DNA from: Aplysia californica
Taxonomy: Eukaryota
DNA: 64,000 bases
NCBI RefSeq assembly: GCF_000002075.1
Contig: NW_004797486.1
Span: forward strand, 659,836 to 723,835
Reading direction: 5' to 3'
Shown here: positions 56,982 to 64,000 of the stretch, piece after piece
Layout: each line of letters begins with the position of its first letter
How positions within the stretch are numbered: position 1 is the first letter of the stretch
Made by a program: the position numbers and the translations under genes
The notes under the pieces: model-generated
What the model saw: the letters and a program-made list of their open reading frames with translations, nothing else
Told to the model about the DNA's origin: nothing
Databases searched by the model: none

Positions 56982-57157
56982 GTTAGATTTAGTAAGAGCT
57001 TTACGGCACTTGCAACACAATAAGGTCATACAAGTGCCGAAGATTAGGTGTTACCTGAGAGTAACAAACACAAAAAAAAGGAGGACAGATCAGGACAATA
57101 GGTGTTTGCTAGGAAAGAAGGAGCAAACCCCACCAGAGCACCCGCAAACCATCCACA
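56982..57157 (-). mobile_element. Family A short retroposon
   Basis: Diverged 12-bp TSD AGGACCATATTA / AGGAACAGATTA. Confidence 0.85.
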
Positions 57158-57559
57158 AGGAACAGATTACGGTAAAATTATTTTTCAACTGCAGTTTTCG
57201 ATGAGTCAGAACAATAAAGGCCATACTTCTTTGGAAACACACAGTAACATTGAAAAGAAGATCCAAGGAGTACACCAAACCACACTCCACCCCCCAAAGC
57301 AAAATAAATGAAAAGATATCGTATTTGTTATAGATAAAAGGAAGTACATCAATGCAGCAAAGCTAGTGGAAATAGTGGACAACAGAGAATAACTAACCAA
57401 TAAGGAATAACTAGGACTACCGCTTTATTTTCACCCACAACAACCACAATGTATCTTTTAAGTCAGCGCCATTCAAGTAATAAACACGTAACAACCACTT
57501 GTGTATTCATACGAACAAATTAATCTAAAAAGGTAAATGATTTATAGAAACATCACTAT

Positions 57560-58230
57560 GGCGTAGGCAGTCTACTGGTTAGGCTGTCAGGCTCATAACT
57601 GAAAGATCATGGCTTGGAAATCTGTCACAAGTCTGCCATTGTGTTCTTGTGGCGTCGGTGGCCTAGTGGTTAGGCTACCAGACTCATAATCGTGAGATGG
57701 TGGGTTCGGGGGTTCGAGCCATGGGCCCGACGTTATGTCCTTGGGAAAGGCACTCTATACGAATTTTCCTCACTTCACCCAGGTGGGAATGGGTACCCGG
57801 TGTTTGAACGCCTATAAATGGCCCCTTGTACAGTATGCTTCCCAGGAAGTTGAGGTTGCTTCAGAATGCTCTCAGGTCTGCTGGGGTAATGGTATAGATT
57901 GTGAAGTGCATAGTGCTTGCTGTTGGGCGAGGATTTGTGATATACAAATGCTATCTATTTTTATTCTTCTTCTCAGACAAGGCATTTTTACAAGAATTTT
58001 CCTCACTTCACCCAGGTAGAAATGGGTACCGTGCTATAGACAGCAAAAGATCTTGTCGATATGTTTAATGTTTGAGCACTTAATCAGCTCCTTGCACTGT
58101 AGGCTTCCCACAAAGCTGAGAACGCTTTTGAGAGTTCCAGGGTCAGATAAGGTAATACTAGTTGTAAGGCGCCTAGAGCATGCTATTGAGCATGGATATG
58201 CGCTATACAAATGCCATTTTTATTATTATT
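57560..58230 (+). mobile_element. Family B SINE with a second family B SINE nested at ~57650-57972
   Basis: Two tRNA-like heads, two cores and two tails in the order head1-head2-core2-tail2-core1-tail1. Confidence 0.82.
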
Positions 58231-58957
58231 GCTTGTAAAACTTTACAGTGAGGAACACAATGAAAAAAAAAGGATAAATAGCAGACAATATTAAAATGCT
58301 GAGTAATAAGTGTCAAAAGAAAAATAGCTTGTAAACTCTTATATTAACCAATAATATAGAAAAAATTTTTTTTTTTAGATCACTTTAAACCAATTAAAGA
58401 GATGTTTAAGTAAAAAAGGAATGATAACAATACTTGTATAACTTTAAAAATAACATTGCAATGTTGAAAAATAAGATATTATTATGATCCCTGTTCTATT
58501 ATCGCTGTTCCACTTTATTATGTTACTAAATTATAATCATACAAAATTGGAATATTTACAGAATGGGAAAACCTGGGAAACATTTTTTAAATCTGCAATG
58601 TAATTCCACATAAAGTAACTGGATATCCGGTAAACAAAAACAAATTTGCTTTCTTAAAAGGGTTTTAGCCAAATAAAAAAATATATGCAAAAATGAACGC
58701 AAATATTGAAACAATAACAAACAAAACAAAAAAAACTTTAAAAATTTTAAAGTAAAAAACATTCAGAAAAAGCTACTCTACAAACCAACCAAAGGCTACA
58801 ATACCAAAGCATGCATTAGAGACAGGAATAACTAAACCAAAGCAAAAAAAAAAAAAGCCTATCATATCACAAAAAGACCCAATGCATGCAAAGAACAAAA
58901 TGATCAAAACATTTCCACTTGATATATATCACTGTCTTAAAGACAGTAGCCACAAGT

Positions 58958-59203
58958 AATTGGTCAATTTTAAGCACAAGGGGGCTATCCCGAAAAATGC
59001 TGTCCTGAGAAAAGGTAAAGTTTTTGCCCCTTGTTCAGTTTCTTTAAAATACAAGGAGAGTTCTCTATAACCAAACTAATATACACAATAATGAAACCAA
59101 ATTTCTCCTATAGGTAGGGCAATGCCCACTTTTGGTGTAGGTCATGATTTCTGAAAACCCCCGAAATCTGGGTTAGCCCGCTTGTCCTTAAAAGCGACCA
59201 ATT
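58958..59203. mobile_element. ~240-bp MITE (copy 2, inverted relative to 34048)
   Basis: AATT at both ends; TIR GGTC(A/G)(A/C)TTTTAAG. Confidence 0.8.
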
Positions 59204-59553
59204 AGACTTTTGTTTCAACCAAGCATACCACAGAATACAAGATCTTGATAGTGCAAGTCCACCTTTTATAGACTTTATATTCAGAATGCTGAAGGCTTTA
59301 ATTTAAAGAGCTTCTCGCTTTACCATAATCTAATTTCCATCCTTCATGATGATATAGGACAGCACACCAGAGACAACAATATTTTCTTAAAGAACGCATA
59401 GCTTCGTCACAAGTAAGGTGTGCAGAACAACAAAAAAAAGGCAAATGAATCAACAAATAATATATAATGTGAAACATCAAACAGCACAAGTCAAGTTCAA
59501 TGAGCAGATGAAAGAAAATACTAGTTGCTGGGAGCAGCACATTTATTGTGTCT

Positions 59554-59686
59554 TTTGTTTAAGTAAGAGTATTACGGCACTTGCAACACAATAAGGTCAT
59601 ATAAGTGCTGAATATTAGATGTGTTACAATAGAGTAACAAACACAAAAAAAAGGAGGAGAGATAAGGACGATAGATGTTTGACAGG
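59554..59686 (-). mobile_element. Family A retroposon, 5'-truncated
   Basis: Tail and body present, head absent. Confidence 0.85.
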
Positions 59687-60600
59687 ACATTGTCTACTGT
59701 GCGAGTTTTGCAAGCCAAAAAACAAATTGCTATGAGGTCAAAGACAAGGGTCTGAATACAACAAAAACTGTGTGCCATATATAAGGCGGAAATGATATCT
59801 AACACTGTGGAGAGAGTGTGTTAACAGATAGGGCACTCAGTGGCCCAACCCATTCAGCTTGTAGTGTGTAAAAATTACACTAAAGATCCGACATATTGTT
59901 CTCACTAAAAGAATGACTAGTATTGAAAAATAGGAAAGATACCATACAAAGAATTTCAGATCAATCAGACCTCAGGACATTAATAATTTCTCTAATTTGA
60001 GTAGAAAAGTGAAACAGGCTAAAACAACAATGGTCATACAGTGCGGGGTGCTGGGAAAAAATAAAACACAACAGATGACAGATCTGCTAAAGCACATGAC
60101 AGAACACATGTAAGCACTAAGAAGGGTACAAAGTTTAAATCGAAGAACAACATTACAGCATCGTTCAGAAGACTATGCAGGACTTCTTAGACAGAGGTGC
60201 TATCACTGTTCTGGACTATAATGTGCTTTTTTTTTCGTAGAAAGAACTGTAGCAAGTAGCCCTGATTCATATGTCGAAACAAGATCAGATATGAGTTTTG
60301 GTTTGAAAACAAAAAAGAATGTTATCCATAACATACATGTGCAATCAGGATAACTTTAGCTCTATGAACACACCGTTTTCTAGTTTATATTTATAAATTA
60401 GAACTATGGCGAGATGAAGTCTTTCATCAATTCTTTAGTTATGATTCAACTCCTACAAATGACTAACCAGATTTTTAATGGTTGAAAATTTTAACTCAAG
60501 ATTCCTGTTGAGTTGCTTTCCTCAATGCAACCTGACCTAAGGGAGCTTTGGAAATTTATTTTTTAGAAATTGTATGTGAAGCCTCTGGGTTTCCCTGATA

Positions 60601-61532
60601 CAGTAGTCTCCGCCTAAGATCCCACCGCTTACGATCCCGGTTTGCTTTAGATCCCGCTGATTTAAGAAAACAGAATTTTTACTATACAAAAGTCACCCCT
60701 AAGATCCCGCTCTGATTCACTCTGAAGGTCTACATTCGGCTAAGATCCCGCATTTCAGATCATAATTTGCGGGAAAAAAACCCGGGCGGGACAGCCGATC
60801 AACCAAGAGTGAAAATTTGAGATCAATAAACTGTCCGTCGCATCAAAGATCAGCTACTATCGTGAATGTGATCATATACACGTTGTAAAACTCGATGAAG
60901 CGATACAATGTTTGCCCCAGACGGGATCACACCGGGGTGTGAACTGACCGACACGTTTGTTTTCCCCGAACATCCCACTCACACCTGAGCTATCCCCCTA
61001 AACTTACATCACTCGCTGGGTGGGTAGGGCCTACACGTTCGCTCCTGGCGGGATCACATTGAACTGTGAACTCTTCCCTGACCATTGGAGAAGTTGTTTC
61101 TACTCCCGAATTTGCGAGACAGACTGAATTTTAATTGGTGTGTTCACAACGTAATGGTGTGTAACGACAAAGGCGGTTGGGGGAGATGGAAAGCTATAAA
61201 TTTTCGACAGGTAAGGGGGAGGGGAGGGGCAACTTGATAAGCGCAGATCTTGAGCCTCATGATAGGATAATAAGTGAAAATGGCACGCCACATCCCACTA
61301 TGCACCGTGATAGGTCATCAAGGTTAACCACTCTTTGCTCGCCATACGTCATAAACCCACCAAGCGGTCACGTCAGTTCATTTTAGAGTGGAGGGAGACC
61401 ATTTTACTGATTGTAAGCCTTAACATGGGTCACCATAGATTCTTCCCTGGGTTCGTCGGTTAAGATCCCGGTTCGCCTAAGATCCCGCTTTTCCTTGCTC
61501 CCGAGCACCGGGATCTTAGGCGGAGACTACTG
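60601..61532. mobile_element. Tigger/pogo-like MITE (copy 2, uninterrupted)
   Basis: TA TSD; perfect 23-bp TIR CAGTAGTCTCCGCCTAAGATCCC; subterminal TAAGATCCCG repeats. Confidence 0.92.
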
Positions 61533-63632
61533 TAACCAAATTGCTCAAACTGCTATCCACATCCACGAAGGGATACATTGTTGCTAGTTCAAGGCTATCA
61601 AAACCTTATGTCTAAATGAAGAAAAGCACCCAAACACAATAAAGGCCATGTAGTGCAGGAATAATTTACAAGAAGGAAGATAGGAAAAGAACAGTACCAT
61701 TTAGGTGAGAACATGTATACACCTGACAACACATAATGACGATAGAAACCCCAGTGTAGTGTTGTCTTACTCAACATAAGTACAATAATTAACTCATAAG
61801 CAAACTGAAAACTGCAATATTACACCAGATAATAGTACCACTGAGAAGACACCCCGCTTTGACATAAACATGAATCTATATTGTAAAGAGAGGAAACGCC
61901 GCCTGTCCAGAACAGAGGCTTTTGAGACCCAATTATTTCAACATAGCAGTACACAAGACATGCGGCCAAACAAAACTAAATTCAATAAACAACTAACTTT
62001 CAATAACAACAACAAAAATGGTAATCGTTTAGCCCACCTTGAGAACACACTTCTTCTAAATCAACTGAAAGTAACAGAATCAAAAAGCAAAATAATACAA
62101 GAGTGATAGGATATAAGGTGTAGTGTAAATCATACAAAGCTAAAAGAAAAAAAAAGAACCCCCCCTCCCCCAATTTCAAAACTATGATACCAAGCATAAA
62201 CAAACAAAAACGTAAAACTACCCAAAAATGCAATAAAAAAGATAACAGAAGACATAAATACGTATCCACACCCGGGCACACTGGTGAAACCAGAAAGCAT
62301 TATACAAAATTATGTATGGAAATAGAATATCGACATGTGAAAATCAACTTTTATTTTGTAAAGTTTGCGAGAAGAGACAGACCCTGCTATAACAGCAGTC
62401 ACTTCATGTCCGGAAAACAGGACTGATAGACAATCAGTAGAGGAAAAGTGATGAATCACGATCTTCTTATGGCACCTTCCAACCACCCATGAATTAATAA
62501 TAAACCTTGATAGGGAAATAAAAACAAAACACTAAAAAGAGAAGAAAAAAAAAGCCAGATAAAAAATAAAAACCAGACCAAATTTTCTTCTATGCAACCT
62601 AAGCATTGCAACAATCTGATAAACACTGTCCCATTCTTCTTTTTCACCACTTTGAACATGAAATGGAACTGGGTGCAAAATTCTCTTTCATAAATACTGA
62701 AACCATATTTTACTGAAAGGACATTTATATGAGCAAAAAATAATCAAGCACTTGAGCAGGATGTACGATAACATATCATAAAGCATGAGTAGTTCATGTG
62801 AGAGTATACAACTGGCAAAAGTGTGTACTTCAGGAAAGAATTTACAGCTACCAAGTGCATTACATGAGAAAGTTTACTGCCAGCAAGTGCTTTCTAGATA
62901 GAACTTTGAATGTTTAGCAAATACTTGTATTACAAGGAGAATTTACAGCCGGTTAATGTTTTTCCATGAGATATCTTACAACTGATAAGTTCTTTTCCTG
63001 AAAAATTAAGGCTGGCAAGTGCTTTTCATGAGACGAAGAGAGATCATAAGCAAGTAAGAGTACTTCATTAGATATTTCACACAGTAACACTGACCCAAAA
63101 TACATTGATAAACCATGAGCTCTATTATAAATGCATATGGTGTGCAATGACATCAAGGGCAGAGGAGCAAACTATCCTCCTATCAAACTATCATGCAATT
63201 CTTTAAATAACCAGTTGACACGTGACAATGCATCACAGGAGCACCTTGTGTCAAAATGCTATGAATATGGATACTTAAATACCCGAGAAATCCTACAAGG
63301 ACAAATAGTATGAGACACAACATAGTGCAAAAAAAAAAAAGGGTTTTAATTGAGGGGGGGGGGGGGGGGTGTTGTTTCTCTAGTTATTAGAATACCATAA
63401 TTTCATCCCCAATCCTCAACATAAATCTAAACAATACTCTAGAATACTAAAATAGCATCAAGATTTACCACATACAGACCACAACCTTTTTATGTATTTC
63501 AAAACCTCATGCAAGTCACATTCTACCCCATTCCCCTAACACAGTGAAGCATCAATTGATAAAGCCATGAGCAAACAGATGCAACACATTATAGACCATA
63601 CAACGGACAGCACGATAGCACTTCTACATTAC

Positions 63633-63665
63633 CTGACATTTTTTCTACACTGCTCAGAACATCGC
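63633..63665 (-). CDS. Candidate 33-nt symmetric phase-1 mini-exon ((G)DVLSSVEKMS), possibly CAD linker
   Basis: ccttgtgttttAG acceptor and CAG|GTAATG donor; open frame; phase matches the exon at 56643. Confidence 0.35.
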
Positions 63666-64000
63666 CTAAAACACAAGGCCACACAGAGGTTATTGAAGAG
63701 TAACACACGTCAGTGTCATTTACACTATCTACTTAGACTTTATACCAAACCCATTCTTTGATTTTGTGTTACAGTAGTGTATGGCACAAGTCTGCTGGTT
63801 TGAGTAAAGAAGAGCATATGGACGCAATAACAGTCATTTACTGCAGACAGAAACTCCTCTAAGGTATCGAGGGGGAGGGGGCGCGCGGCGGACAAGTGAT
63901 CCAAAATTAATAAACAGGTGTGTGTGTGTGTGTGTCACATTCAACCTCATACCCCTGTACTAGAGGGAACAAATCTGTTTAATTTCTCCTTCAGTGAATA

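Overview
Eukaryotic genomic DNA from an invertebrate animal (probably a gastropod mollusc, inferred from the repeat landscape only), with three short assembly gaps. Three intron-containing housekeeping genes lie head-to-tail on the minus strand: the 3' part of CAD (linker end plus the whole aspartate transcarbamylase domain, 9 exons, 56643->39091), a complete SPTLC1 (14 coding exons, 480 aa, 24561->7371, with a probable alternative 15th exon) and exon 1 of COPS5/CSN5 (2249->2116). Introns hold many mobile elements: two Ingi/I-group LINE copies with RNase H, RTE-like remnants, a Tc1 remnant, several MITEs, tRNA-derived SINEs and a ~180-bp promoter-less retroposon ('family A', 11 copies). Family A is the most unusual system here. 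It has a fixed 5' end, a 3' stem-loop with compensatory changes and a tail shared with a tRNA-SINE. All 10 intronic copies are sense to the host gene and 4 sit within 100 nt of a 3' splice site. One copy duplicated and relocated a CAD splice acceptor through its TSD, and another seeded a 1.7-kb minisatellite. Other leads are a stop codon embedded in a splice donor in SPTLC1, an orphan two-exon C-terminus between CAD and SPTLC1, and tandemly amplified splice donors in CAD. Everything was read by eye; no searches were run.
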